From Vitrella brassicaformis CCMP3155 (Eukaryota > Protista > Chromerida), in contig CDMY01000227.1 in the NCBI GenBank assembly GCA_001179505.1, positions 62,001-126,000 on the forward strand: a DNA stretch of 64,000 bases. The letters are read 5' to 3'. The first letter of the stretch is position 1. Each line of letters begins with the position of its first letter. The translations under genes and the position numbers were made by a program. Under the pieces are notes generated by a model, which was not told the DNA's origin, did not search any database, and worked only from the letters and a program-made list of their open reading frames with translations. Of this stretch, positions 32,690-45,255 are shown one piece after another.

Positions 32690-35173
32690 ATGGAGATATT
32701 GAGCCCAGCCACGGTGCAGATCTTCCGCCTTCTCCTTACTCTGCTGGTCCTTGGGAGCCTTGGCGGACCGCAGCTCACTGCCACCGGCCTTCTGAGGGAC
32801 AGCCTCACTGCGTCGGACAGGAGATCCCGGCTGTCGGCTGCCTTTATCCCGTCGAGAGGCACATCGCCATCTCATCTGCCCGCGCTAGAGCCCTTGCTGC
32901 GCCGAAGAGCTGCTGCAGATGAGCTGTACCGTCTGCCGCAGATCCCGCAGACACCGCATCTATCGCATCGGCTGCCGCTGCTGAGCAGGCTGTCGTCTCA
33001 GCTGGAGAGTGATGGTGGCAGTACTGACAGAGCTGACGTGTCACGGTTTGATCCGGACCATCGGTGGGAAGGCGCATTCGCCGGTGAGTGATGAGCAGCG
33101 ATGTGCCTTAGGCGCCTTACTTATGTATATATCTGTGTATGACTACCGGCTGTGCTGTCTGTCCTGCAGACACTCCCATCCTGACTTTATCTGGGAATCT
33201 GGTGGACACGCGTCGCACAGTGATGCGTGACTTCCTCGAGTACATGGGCATACCCACAGTGTACCTGGGGGACCTCCAGGACACATTTGACGCCCACACG
33301 GACCGCCTCAGGTGGTCGGCCAACGCCGCAGACGAGCAGGCATCGAACATCTGGTACCCAACCACACACATATGCGAAGGGAAGCGGGTTGTTGATTGGA
33401 GTTCTTCTGTGTGTGTAGGCGTGCCGCCCAGGAAGATTTCCTGCGCAAGGGGTTCCGTCTGCAGCCCAACCAGCCCATCGCAGGCCCCCCGTGGCCACAG
33501 CAGCAGCCCCAAGCCGTCCCGCAGCTGCGAATTCTGCTGCTGGGGGGGGACGGCACCGTCGGTTGGGCGTACGAGACGCTGCACCGGCTGTTTGACGGGA
33601 CGGGGTACTTCCCTTTGGTGGCGGTGATGCCTTGCGGGACGTACAACGACATTGGCCGGCTGTCGGGGATGCAGGTGCGGCTGTCGGCACGCGACTGCAG
33701 CATGGGCGAGCTTCCCAAGATAGTCAACTATGTCCTCAACTGCAACCAGGTGATTGGGGGATTATTGAGTAAAAACTGGTGATATGCGTAAGACGACCGA
33801 GCAAGGACGTGTGTGTGTGTGTGTTTGTGTGCGGCTGGTTGTGTGTAGGTGTATGACTTGGATGTGTGGCGGTTGATTCCTGAGGGCATGACCGACCTTG
33901 AGAACTTCCACAGGTGGGTGGGTACCGACCGTCTCAACCGGCTGACGACACAGTCAATCAAGGAATGTGTCTACGGTGTGTACGGATGTGTTGTGTGTTT
34001 TGGTGTCCTGCCCTGTCCTGCCTTGCCTTGCCGTCCTCACAGCAACTACTCCGTCCACTCGGTAGCGATGGGATTCATCGCCCGGTCGCTGTTTGACTTC
34101 GAGAAGTGGCGGTCGACGCACCCCGAGGCGGGACGGCTCTATCGCAAAGCCTTCATATGGGCATCCGGGCTGCTCAAATACATACAAAACGACGCACTAC
34201 AGGTCCGGTCCGCCCCCCTCCGGGCACACGCACACGCACACACAGACGATGGATGCACTGCAGGTGCTGTCCTGTGCTTGTCCGCAGGATGTGGTGCGGC
34301 TGACTTACGACACCGAGGACGGTCGGCATGAGGCCAACGCCAGCCTGCCGGGCGCCTTCTCGTGCTTCCAGGCGCACAATATCCCGATTTACGGGGGCTC
34401 GCCATTCCTCAGCCCCGACTACGCCAGCTCCCAGAAGGTGGTGCAGGACGGCCTGCTCGACGTGACCGTGCACTCCAAGCCACAGATGTTCGGACAGCTT
34501 GTTCTCAACACACAGGTGCCTGACTGACTGAGGCCGCACCGGACAGACAGACCCTCACTCCACACGCACCGATCCATCCCTTGCTTCCTTGTGTCATTCA
34601 TTGCCCCGCCACAGGGCCGGCACGAGCTCTCTCGCTTGCGTGATCTGACTATCGACGTCCCACCAGGGCGGCGGACATTCTGGATGATTGACGGGACGGT
34701 GAGGAGCCGAACAAGCACAAACCAGACGCAGCACACACCACAACAGTGAAGGCGAAATGTAATGTCCCTCCCCGTGTGTGTCGTGTCGTGTCGTGTCGTG
34801 TCGTGTCGTTGGTTGATAACAGGCGTGTTCGGCGGTGGGCGGCCAGCTGCACGTGCAGAAGGCCGGGCAGATGACCCTCCTCACCGGTCCCAGACTGCAC
34901 CACCAGTCCCAGTCGACCTCAGCCACCAAGCAAGGACGGCGTGTGGCGCTGCCCCCCAGCTACGACCACGCCCAAACCCCCGTTGACGACACAGCCCTCC
35001 CCTACAAAGTCCGATCGGTGTCGCCAGTGATAGATGAGGACACCGTGCGGCGGTTAGACGCCTTTCTCCTGCCCTCGCCCACCATACCTTCTGCTTTTGC
35101 GGTGTCGGAGGTGGTGCCTCAGCCGCCAGCTGAGGCGTCGGCGCATGGGCAGGAGATGGTCCAGCTAGCGTAG
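32690..35173 (+). CDS. Diacylglycerol-kinase-family (DAGKc + accessory domain) protein with an N-terminal hydrophobic signal or anchor, divergent
   Basis: [60 protein letters not shown] and WMIDGT..QMTLL. The N-terminus is [29 protein letters not shown] at 35171-35173. Confidence 0.8.
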
Positions 35174-36588
35174 GGGCCACACCACACAGGGGTGTGGGTG
35201 TAAAAGCGTGTGCGAATGAGTCACAGATAGACAGAGGAGGGCAGTAGGGGGACGAGGCAAGAGGCAAGAGCGAGATGGCAGAGAGAGGGGAGAGGCAACG
35301 AACGACGTGCCATTTTTGGTGATTCGAAGAATTCAGTTACAACAAACAAATGGTATGCAATGCATTGCATTCATTGGGTAGATAGGTCGGGTGGAATGAG
35401 TGAGTGAATGAATGAATGGCCGCATTTGTCTCGCACGCACCATCTGTGCGACACAGACTGATACATGGATGGATGCATCGATGGGATATGTTGTGTGCCC
35501 CTGGGGGCACGGACGGGCTTTTTGGTGTTTGTGTAAGTAAGTATCTCCCTACCTACCTGCATGTGTGTATGCGTGTTTGCCTAGCTGTCTAGCTGCCTTT
35601 GCGTCTCGCGTCTTGCCTCCCTCCCTCCCTGTCTCCCTGCCTCCCTGCCTCCTTGCTTTGTGTGTGTGGCCTGCGAGTGAAGTGAGGGCTCACAATGTGA
35701 GATGAGAGAATGCACACACATGCATACACGCAAATACGGAGAGAGGAAGAGAGAACGAGCAATCGAATCGAGCGGGTGGCCGCCCTTCCTTCTGTCTTCC
35801 TGTCACCCTATCTCTCTTGCCTGCCTGCCTATCTCTCCATCAGTCCATCCATCCATCCATTCATCTGTCCATCTATCTGCCTACTCGGGTCAGTGAGGAG
35901 GCGAGGCACGCCCTCTCTTCCCTCCACTGCGCACTGGTGTGAATACGCTAGCTACATACCATACATACGCTGACTTCCTGACCGACGACCGACCGACCTA
36001 CATATGGAAAGAAAGATGGGGACGTCGCGTAGCACCCATGCTGTGATGGCATGGCGGGCTGCGGGGGTGAAACACCGCCATCCATCCATCCACCCATCCA
36101 TCGGCGGGGTGCGATGTAGCCATCTTCCCATGGGTTACAGGTCACAGCTGTGAATGAGACAAAATGAATGCTCGAGTAGCGGACGGACCGAAGTGACGAC
36201 AGATTGATTGATGATGGATGAGGTGGGGTGCGCGCGCGCGTGTGTGTGTGTGTGTGTGTGTGACAATCAATGATGGGAGAGAAAGAGGGTGCGAGAGGGA
36301 GAGGGATGGAGGGAGGGAGGGAGGGACTTTTATGGCTCAGAGAGGAACTCGCTCGTGCATGCGACAAACGGTCGAGATTTGTGTCTGTCTATCTGGATTT
36401 CATTGAATGAAGCGGTGGATGGATGTGATGGTATGGTCAAACATGAGAATGAAAGGATCGATTCGATGCAGGCAGGCAGGCTATGCAATGGACACTGGCA
36501 TCAACACGGAGGCAGAGACCCACATACCAGACAGACCCGACGACCCGCCCCGCCAACTCAGCTGTGGACCGGACAGCTCCCAGGCCGG

Positions 36589-39500
36589 CTAGTCTCCTCC
36601 TCCCGCCTCAGACTGTCCTCCCTTGACGATGTAGGTGACCGATATCTTGATGCACTCCCTGCAGGCAGTGCAGACCACACAGGGAGGGAGACAGAGACAC
36701 GCAGAGCACACGCATCGGCATCGCATCGCGCGTCTCTCATGCATCGATCGCATCGCAGCCATCCACCTACCTGAGCTCGTCATCGGTCGTGTCGTAGACC
36801 ATCAGGAAGTAGGAACGCTCAGACGGATCCGCAATCTGCATATGAGTGAGACACGCCAAGACACACACGCAAACAAAAAGACATACATGCGAATTAAGAA
36901 GCATATCGCCCCTCCCTCCCCTCGCTGTCTGACTGACCGGCGCGAACTTGAGTGGGAATTTGCCTTTCGAGTTGGCGGTGACCGTCACCTCCTTCTGCCT
37001 GTACGGACGCAGAAAGGCGTCCAGACAAAACACCCACATTGATGTCATGTCTCGGCTCATTGCTGCAGAGCTGCGCTGCGGCGTACCGTACCTGCATTGC
37101 ATGAGGTCGGGGTCAGAGCTCTTCAGGCGGAAGCTGACGTCATTCGACTCCTTGTTCTCATACGTGATCTTCTGCACACATAAGAGTGAGGCACTCACAC
37201 ACACGTACACACACATATCCTCTGTGCCCGTCTACTCCATGCACACCGACCTGGTTCTTGGCCACCCCGCATGCGAGAACGAGCTCGTACTCCCTCGTGG
37301 GCTCCGGTATGGCCTTGTCCTTCTCCTCTTTGGGCGGTGGCTCCTCCTCCTGCACTGGGGGGGCGGGCGGCTCCACCTCCTCGACCGCAGGGGGGGCAGG
37401 AGGCCCCGGGGGCTCCTCTGACACATAAATGAACACATCCACACATGAATGCGGCTGACCTGACAGAGAGACATGTACCCTTTTGCGCAGCTTCGACGTC
37501 ACTCGGCATCTCCTCGGCAATGGGGGGCGTCGCTGAGGTAACGAACGTACACACAGAGAGAAATGGATAGACGGAGACAGAACAATATTGCGTGCACGGC
37601 ACTGCGTGGAGTGAGTGGATGTGTAAGGAGGCGCTGCGCTCACCGGCCCCGGTGACGACGTCGAGCTTGGTGGCGGTCTCCTTTTTGGCACAAGGAAGCG
37701 GCCCGCCGAACGAAAACTGTTTGTCGCCACCAGCCGCACCCTCACCTATCGCCACCGGCACTCCTCCCTGCCCACCACCACGAGACGTCACACTCCCCTC
37801 AACTGACACACAATACATTACAGAACAAAACAGGACAGACAGACTCGTGTGTGTCTGACTTTAGTCGTTGTCTGTCTGTCTGGTGGCTGGCTGACTTCCG
37901 GGCGGGGGAGTGGGTGCCCCGCTCTCGTCCGCCTGCATGGATGCGGAAGGAGTCGAGGCTGCGTGGAAGGTGGCGGTGGCTGCCGTCTGGGCGTGGTAGG
38001 TGCTGGCGCTGCTGGGCCGCGTGGGGGTGGCGGTGGTGACCCCCGTGGCCGCCTGCCTGTCCTTGTCCTTGGCCATGGGCATCGTTGCCCGCATCGTCTC
38101 CATGTCGTGCAGCACCTCCGCTACCGAACACTCCTGGATGGCATTGCATTGCACAGACAGGTGCACTTGGGCTGGGGGGGGTGAGGGAAAGGAAGGGGAC
38201 TGTGTACCTGCAGCATGGCGAGGAGGTCTGCGAGTGTGGCGAGTCCGTCTCTGTCGGCGTCGACCAGCTCAAACAGCTCATTGAAGTCAAAAGACTCGTC
38301 AAACACAGGCCACGGATAGAGCTCTGCATTCACACGCACACACATATGTGGGTGTCAACACACCTCATGCCGACTGACGTGCTTTGCCGACCTTCTTTGA
38401 ATTCCTGAAGTGTGAGCCGTTCGGTGAGGCCCCGCCTGAGGTAGTCCCGCAGGAACTCAAGCAACGGCTGGTCGCCACGCGCACGCAACAAACGCGCCTG
38501 CAACTCCACTGCAGCCATCTTGCGATCTATGCGACACACCCGCAACACACATTTGCACCCCAACTTCTCTTCTCCCTCTGCTTGAGAGTGTGTGTGTCTG
38601 ACCTTCCCGGCCCACAGGAGGCGACAGCACCGGTGGTCCGCCCTCACTGGGGGCCACGGGGCTGGCGGGGTGGCTGGGCATGGGTGTGGGGAAGACGCTC
38701 ACGTCGGTCATGAACGACGCCCCCAGCCGCTGGGAGCCGCGCGTGCTGCCGGGCTGCAGGTACACCGTCGACCCCAGCGACTTGCGGGAGTCCAACAGAG
38801 GGTCTTGACCGGTGGCAGATCCTGTGCAGTGCAGTGCAAAGGGACATATTGTTCGTGTGGTGGGGTGGGGTGTGTGGCGTGGTCTGTTGTCCCTTTCTCT
38901 TGCTTGCCTGGCCTTTCCATCGGTGTGTCGATGCCTCCCACGTCGGCGATTGGCAGGCTGTCCAGAACACTCTGGCGGGGAGGCCTGGATGCAGGCACAG
39001 ACGGAGACACAACACGGGTATTGAAAGGAACGCATCTTATGCTGTGTCATCTTGCTCACTCCTGGAATGTGATTTTGCGCTTCAGCTGAGGGAGGGCAGT
39101 CTCGCTCGGGGTGACCTATGCACCACGCCACACATCAAACGGCCAGGACTTTCCCCCCACGCCGTCCGCTTGTGTATATCTCACTGCGATGGTGACGCGC
39201 CGCTGGTCGGCAGCGTAGTGCCTCATGAAGTCCCTGAGGAAGCAAGAAAGAGAGAAAGAAAGAAAGAAAGACGCATCCACACACAACACAGTGAGCGGGC
39301 GCATCGACCAGTCTGTCACATGTGGGATGGAGTGTGTCCTTACTGGTACTTGACGCCTCCCGCGGGGTCCTCAAACGCCTCACAGAGGGCCCGCAGCTGA
39401 CCGGTTGGGAGGGATATGTTCCCCGACGCCAGAGCCTGAACGGGGGGAGACACGAGAGATAGAGAAGGATACCATCTAAGCTTTCTTTCAATTACCTGTT

Positions 39501-40788
39501 GGAACTCAGCCCTCGAGACGGCGTGTGTGTTCCATCGGTCGAGGGCCTGGAAGGTCGACGTCAACACATCAGCCTTTTCACTCGCCAAAGCACGCAACTC
39601 CTGCAGGAGCACACACCCGATGTCACAACGAGCACACTGACTCTCTTCCCTTCCCAATTCTGGGCACCTCCTCCGTGATTGGCTGCGGCTCCTGCGCCGC
39701 CATGGCCGACAGCATACTCATCTGCCGCCTCGTGTCCCACAGATCCTCCTTACCCGCCACCACCACCTGCTGCTCCGTCGCCATGCTCGCCCGGCTCGGG
39801 GCCGCCGCAGACTTCGGCCTCGTCGATGCGACGGTTGTCACAGAGGGTGCGCGAGACGAAGGGGCAGCCTGCGAGGGGGCTTGCCTGACCGAAGGGGCCC
39901 TCTGTGGCTGAGGGGGTGCGTATGAAGGTGCGTGGGACGGTGCGCGGCTTGCGCGAGGGGAGGGGGTCTTCTGCTGTTGCTGCTGTCCCTTCACGGGGGG
40001 CTGTGGTGGCGGGACTGACTCGCCCTGAAGCACTTTTTGGACTTTCTGGGCGACCAGCCAGGCATTGGGCCACCGACCCACCGTCAACTTGGAGAACACC
40101 AGCTGCCAGACAAGAGGGCAAAAACGGAGCCGAGAGACGCGTGTGTGTCCGCTGACTGACTCTGAGTTACCTACCTGTCTTTTGGAGTGTCGAATGACGG
40201 AGACCTCGAAGGCTCCCAGTTGAGGGTACCTGAACCTTCGGACGGCGCCACCTGACCCCTTTACGACATCTGACAGAACAAACATGTCCTATCGGATGGA
40301 TGTCCCCTCTGCTCTCTTGTTTGTGGACGCGTGCATACAGGTGCGATGGTGGTGATGGTCCATGAGCCACACCTCGTCCCCGTGCCGACCTAGCCTCGGG
40401 GGAGGATTCACCTGCAGACAGACAGACAGACAGACAAACAGGCAGACCACAGGGATGGGACGAAACGAGCCCGGATGTCAGGTGCGAGTGAAGGATGTCT
40501 CACGTTGACCACGACGTCATCGCATGTTGTCTCTATCTCACTCTTGACTGAAACACGCAAGGAGAAGAACAGAGTAGGGGCTTCCATATGTTGTCTGCAT
40601 CTCTCTCCCCCCGCTCACCCCTGGATGCGTAGTCCTCGTATTTGGCCGCCACATGGCGAGTGCACCACGCGTGCTCCTCGCAGTCAACGCTGCAACCAAC
40701 ACAAAGGCACAATGACAAGGAACAGTGACATGAAGTCTCAGGGATCTTTTCCTTCCCACCAGTGCTCTATCTCGACAGAGTTCGACAT
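36589..40788 (-). CDS. Multi-exon protein with an N-terminal Rdx (SelT/SelW/SelH-like) CxxC domain, EF-hands, Pro-rich linkers and a C-terminal NPHP4-like Ig domain
   Basis: Spliced N-terminus MSNSVEIEHC|VDCEEHAWCTRHVAAKYEDYASR, then RYPQLGAFEVSV|LVFSKLTVGRWPN. EF-hand-like segments are FQALDRWNTHAVSRAEF and FELVDADRDGLATLADL. The C-terminus is YELVLACGVAKNQ|KITYENKESNDVSFRLKSSDPDLMQ..KFPLKFAP..YFLMVYDTTDDELR|ECIKISVTY. Confidence 0.75.
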
Positions 40789-40956
40789 CCTGGGATCGAG
40801 AAATGGGATGGGACGGCACTCTGAGCACGAGCTTTCAATTTCGGCTCGTGGGGGCTGCGTGGGGGCGATGACGGACTCAAGCCCGCACTGGCAGATTGGG
40901 CCAAATCCCCCACATGCAGGAGAAGGGAGCCCGAAACTTGACGCGCTGCGATTGAA

Positions 40957-43900
40957 ATGGCCTCGTTATCACCGTCGTTGCAGTCCTATGGGTATCAGTT
41001 GGGCAGCCGTGTGGGCGGCGGACAATTCGGGCAGGTCTACTTTGTCGCGAAGGCCTCTGACAAGGCTACCACACTCGTCGCCAAGGTCTGCCGACGGCAC
41101 GTGATTTCCTTCCTCTCTCATCCATGTGGTGTCGCGTCATGCAACGTCGTGCAGTTGATCCAGCCAGCTGATGACAAGACCAAAGAATCCGCACTACAGG
41201 AGGTATCTACCAGGGGGCAAAGAAAATCATGATGGAGCGTGTTTGACTGCATATTCGTTTATCTATTTACCCGCATCGCGTGCAGGCCCACCTACTCAAG
41301 ATGCTCAGCCATCCCCACATCGTGGCCTGTGTTGATGCCCTGCAGCTCGACACGGGCCACATCGCGATCGTTCTCGAGGTAAGGCAGCTGCTAACTACCT
41401 CCATGTCGTTGTGGCGATCTCCTGATTGGCACGTGCGTCAGTTCAGTACTGCGCCGGGGGCGACCTATCGGCAAAGGTCGAGACCTGCAAACAGAATCCC
41501 AATCAGGCCCGCTTTACGGAGGAGAGAATCATGTTGTGGTCAGTCCGGAGACAGAGAGGAAAGGCTCACTGGGATGGATCGACGCTGGTGTGTGTGCAGG
41601 TTTGTGCAGATGGCGGAGGGCATCCACTATCTGCACCAGCAGCGAATTTTGCACAGAGACATCAAGTCAAAAAATGTCTTCCTTGATGGGGCAGACAATC
41701 TGAAAATTGGTACGGACATGCGCCCGTGATTTTACTCTTGAGCAGTACGATTACGTGGTTTTTGTCTTGTGCAGGCGATTTGGGTCTGTCAAAGGTTTTC
41801 ACAGGGCAGCAGGAGGAGGCCAAGAGCTTTGTCGGCACCCCATTGTATCTCGCACCTGAGGTAGGGGAGAGAGACGGAGGCAGACAGGCACCTGCATGGA
41901 TGTATTCACCCGACCATCAGATATGCGAGAACAAGCCCTACACCTACAAGGCCGACATATGGGCGCTGGGCTGTATCGTCTATGAGCTGGTCGCGCTGCA
42001 GTCGGCCTTCCACGGCACCGGGTTGCTCCAGGTGGTGTGGAAGATCGTTACAAACCAGCCGCGGCCGCTGCCGCCCGATTGCCCAAGTGGCATCAGAGAC
42101 ATTATCATGTATGGGATGATGGAATAGCGAGGGAAGACGTGACGGTGTATGCGGCGTTGGCTTCTCAGGCGAACGCTGGAGAAGGACCCAGCGAAGCGCG
42201 TCAGCCTCGCTGCGTTGCTGCAAGGTACTTGGTTGGAAGGATCGGGATCTTTGTTTGTGCTCATTTGTGTCTGACTCCATTCAGATGAGTACGTCAAGGG
42301 CTACGTCCAAAAGAATGCATCAAGACACCAGCAGGCAGCGATCCCCTCCGGTCCCCCACGGCCAAGTGTCCCGACAAAAAGCACACGTACGCAGCGCACC
42401 ATCACCAACACTTTTCTCAATATTCGAGCCATCCATGTGTCTCCTTACCTCCCCATCCCACAGATCCACGTCACGCCCTGCAGCCGACGGTCTTCTCCTT
42501 CCCGTCCCCCTCAAAGCCGTCCCCCTCGCCCTCTCCCGTGCCGCCCACCGCCCCCGTTCCCCACAATCAGAAGACAGGCGGGTCACTCCGTGCTCAGGTG
42601 CGCAAATCTGTCAGACACACACATCAACACATGCACACAATCGAAAGGATACACAAAGACCTCGCCCCCTTCCCTCAGAGATACTCGGCGAGACCAAGGC
42701 TGTCAGTCGACAAGTCGCAGGCATCCTCAGGTGCGTCCACTGCCGCCCCGCCGAGGCTGGAGATATCGGCTGTCGGGAGGCGGTCGGGAGACACACTGGA
42801 GTACTCGGTGAGCACTGCGGGGGGCGGTGAGAGGAACAAGGACGTCGGAGGGGAATCTAGTCAAGACTTTGTGATGCTTTTTGCAAATCGGGGTAAGTCA
42901 GTCTGTGTGGGCATGTCTTCCTTCACCACCCCTGTGTCTGTGTCTCCTTCTCCATCTGCAGAGGCGAGTGAGCGTGCCATGGATAATTCGTCGGAGTTGC
43001 ATGTGCTGTCTGAAGCGTACGTGTACGGCGTCCTCCTGAAGATGCGCATAAAGCTCGAAAAGGCCGGCAGCACCGTCGAGAAGCTGTTCGCCAGATTCGA
43101 CACATCCAAGGACGGCATGCTGAACATGCAGGAATTCATTCAGGCCCTCTCTGCCTTTCCCCAGCTGGGCCTGTCCTCCTGGGAGGTCGTGGAGCTCTTC
43201 AAACACTTCGACTACGACAAGAACCAGCAAATATCTTTGGCCGAGTTCCGCAGCACACTGGAGAATGCCAACAAAAATGACGAATGGTCAGGTTTGAATT
43301 CGCCCATCAGATCTGGTTTCGGAACTGCCGTCCTCGTGGGCAGTCGTCATGTCCCGAAGGAGATGCTGACAAATGGGGACGAGGCTGATGTGATGCTGCC
43401 GCTGGGAATGGTGAAAGAGGCGGTGGAAAGGGCCGGCTACTCACTCAGAGAGGTCTTCGAAGAATATGACACATATGGACGAGGGGCGATTGCACAGGCA
43501 CGTGTATGGCGCGACTGCATGCCTAGGGTGCATTCTCTTCTTCTTGTTGTGTTCAGCACGACTTCCAGAGGTTGGTGGCCATGCTGGTCCCGAGCATGCG
43601 GCCGATCGACATCGACAGGCTGTTTGCCATGATGGACAAGGACAAGAGCGGAGACATCAACTTCAAGGAATTTTTAGCCAACTTCGAAGACCCCACCTCC
43701 CCATACCACAAGATGGTCCACTCCCCCTTCAGCCCAATGTCTCCGGACGCATCGCCTGGAGGCATGGGACAGCATCACGGTATCAGCAGCGAGTCGGGCA
43801 TGTCGTGGAGGAAGCGGGACCCGCTGCACCGGCTGCCTGGGCTGGTGATGAGTGAGAGGTACAGCAAGCACGTCCTGGCCCGGCTGCAGCGGCGGCTGGT

Positions 43901-44615
43901 CAAAAGAGGCCTTTCCGTGCGGGAGGCCTTTAACCTATATGACATGGACGGGTGGGGGCACACATGTGCACACGCGCGAGACACAAAAGGCAGCTGCGTC
44001 TCTGTGTCTGTGCGTCTGTCCGTATAGTGATGGTGCGCTGGACTTATCTGAGTTGAAGCTGGTGATTGCCTCCCTGAATCTGGGGGTTTCAGCGGCAGAG
44101 GTTGACCACCTCTTCGCTCGTCTGGACCAGGACGGTGACAAGGTTGTCACACTGAGTGAGTTCGAGAGGGCGCTGGCCTCCGCATCTGAAGACAAGAGTG
44201 TGCTGGCCACTCGTGCGTGGGCCAAGGGGGTGCTCGAGAAAATGGGCGAGGGGATCGCACGAGCAGGTAGGGACAGAGAAGGACAGACGTGTCCCCTTCG
44301 TCAAGCGATCTGATGGACATCCATACCAGCAGGCATGACACTAGAGGAGGCATTTCACAAGTTTGACCGCCACAACACTGGCAAGATCCCGCGGGCGTCG
44401 TTCCGGGCGGTGCTCCATCTGTTCGAGCCATCGCTCACCAACCGAGAGCTCGACTCTGTTTTCGAGGTGGCCGACAAGGTGACCGATGGACTCACTGACC
44501 GCAGCAAAGTGTCATGGGCGCTTTTGGTCGTGTGTCTCCCTCCTCCCTCCCCTCTCAGGATAGTTCTGGCGATGTGGATTGGCAGGAATTTCTGGAGGGC
44601 ACCACAACAAGCTAG
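40957..44615 (+). CDS. NIMA-related (NEK) Ser/Thr kinase with about 8 C-terminal EF-hand motifs
   Basis: Kinase motifs: [45 protein letters not shown]|[35 protein letters not shown]-loops: [52 protein letters not shown]|[34 protein letters not shown]|[13 protein letters not shown] at 44613-44615. Confidence 0.92.
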
Positions 44616-45255
44616 CTAGGCCGGGATTGGAACATTTGAGTGTGTGGGACGGCCGCTTGGTCAGAACTTGTGCATGTGAGTGCGCCTGCTACATTCAAGA
44701 CTTTTTCACACACATCACATTCACGTACCAAAGGCAAGTGTCGATCACATGTGCAGCCGGTCAGCCAGTCTCTCTTCGTCACCCAATGTATGGTCACAGC
44801 ATCAACCAACCAAAAATCACCAAAGACAGCCAGTGTATGGTGTGTGCTGTACATTCGGCCGTGTCAGACAGGGACAGGCAGACGGACAGACAGACACATA
44901 GACGTACCAGGGTGTGGTGTGGGGGCTCAGGTGAGGTGCGTGTCAATGACAGACAGACAGACAGACAGACAGACAACCAGACAACCCAACACACACCATC
45001 CCTCGTAGGGAACAAAAGACCTCACGCTCAGATACATCCACACGGCATACTTACGTGCATACATCGTGGATCCATCCATCTACTCATCCTGTCTGTCTTT
45101 CATTCCCGTCCCTCACCTCCTCCCACCCACCGGGTCGCATACACATGAAGGAAGGAATGACTGAATCGCCATAAAGCACGTTAGTTAGTCAATAGTTGGG
45201 CATTTGGGATTGGGGGACACATTACTTCTCTTACGTCAGGGCCGTCGGTTCTTAC

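Noticed and set aside
40650-40788. Possible selenoprotein (Rdx family often has CxxU)
   Set aside because: Both motif residues are encoded by TGC (Cys), so no in-frame TGA or SECIS is needed.
41770-41790. DLG instead of DFG in the NEK activation segment as a sign of a pseudokinase
   Set aside because: DLG occurs in active NEK-family kinases, and the VAK lysine, HRD and APE motifs are intact.
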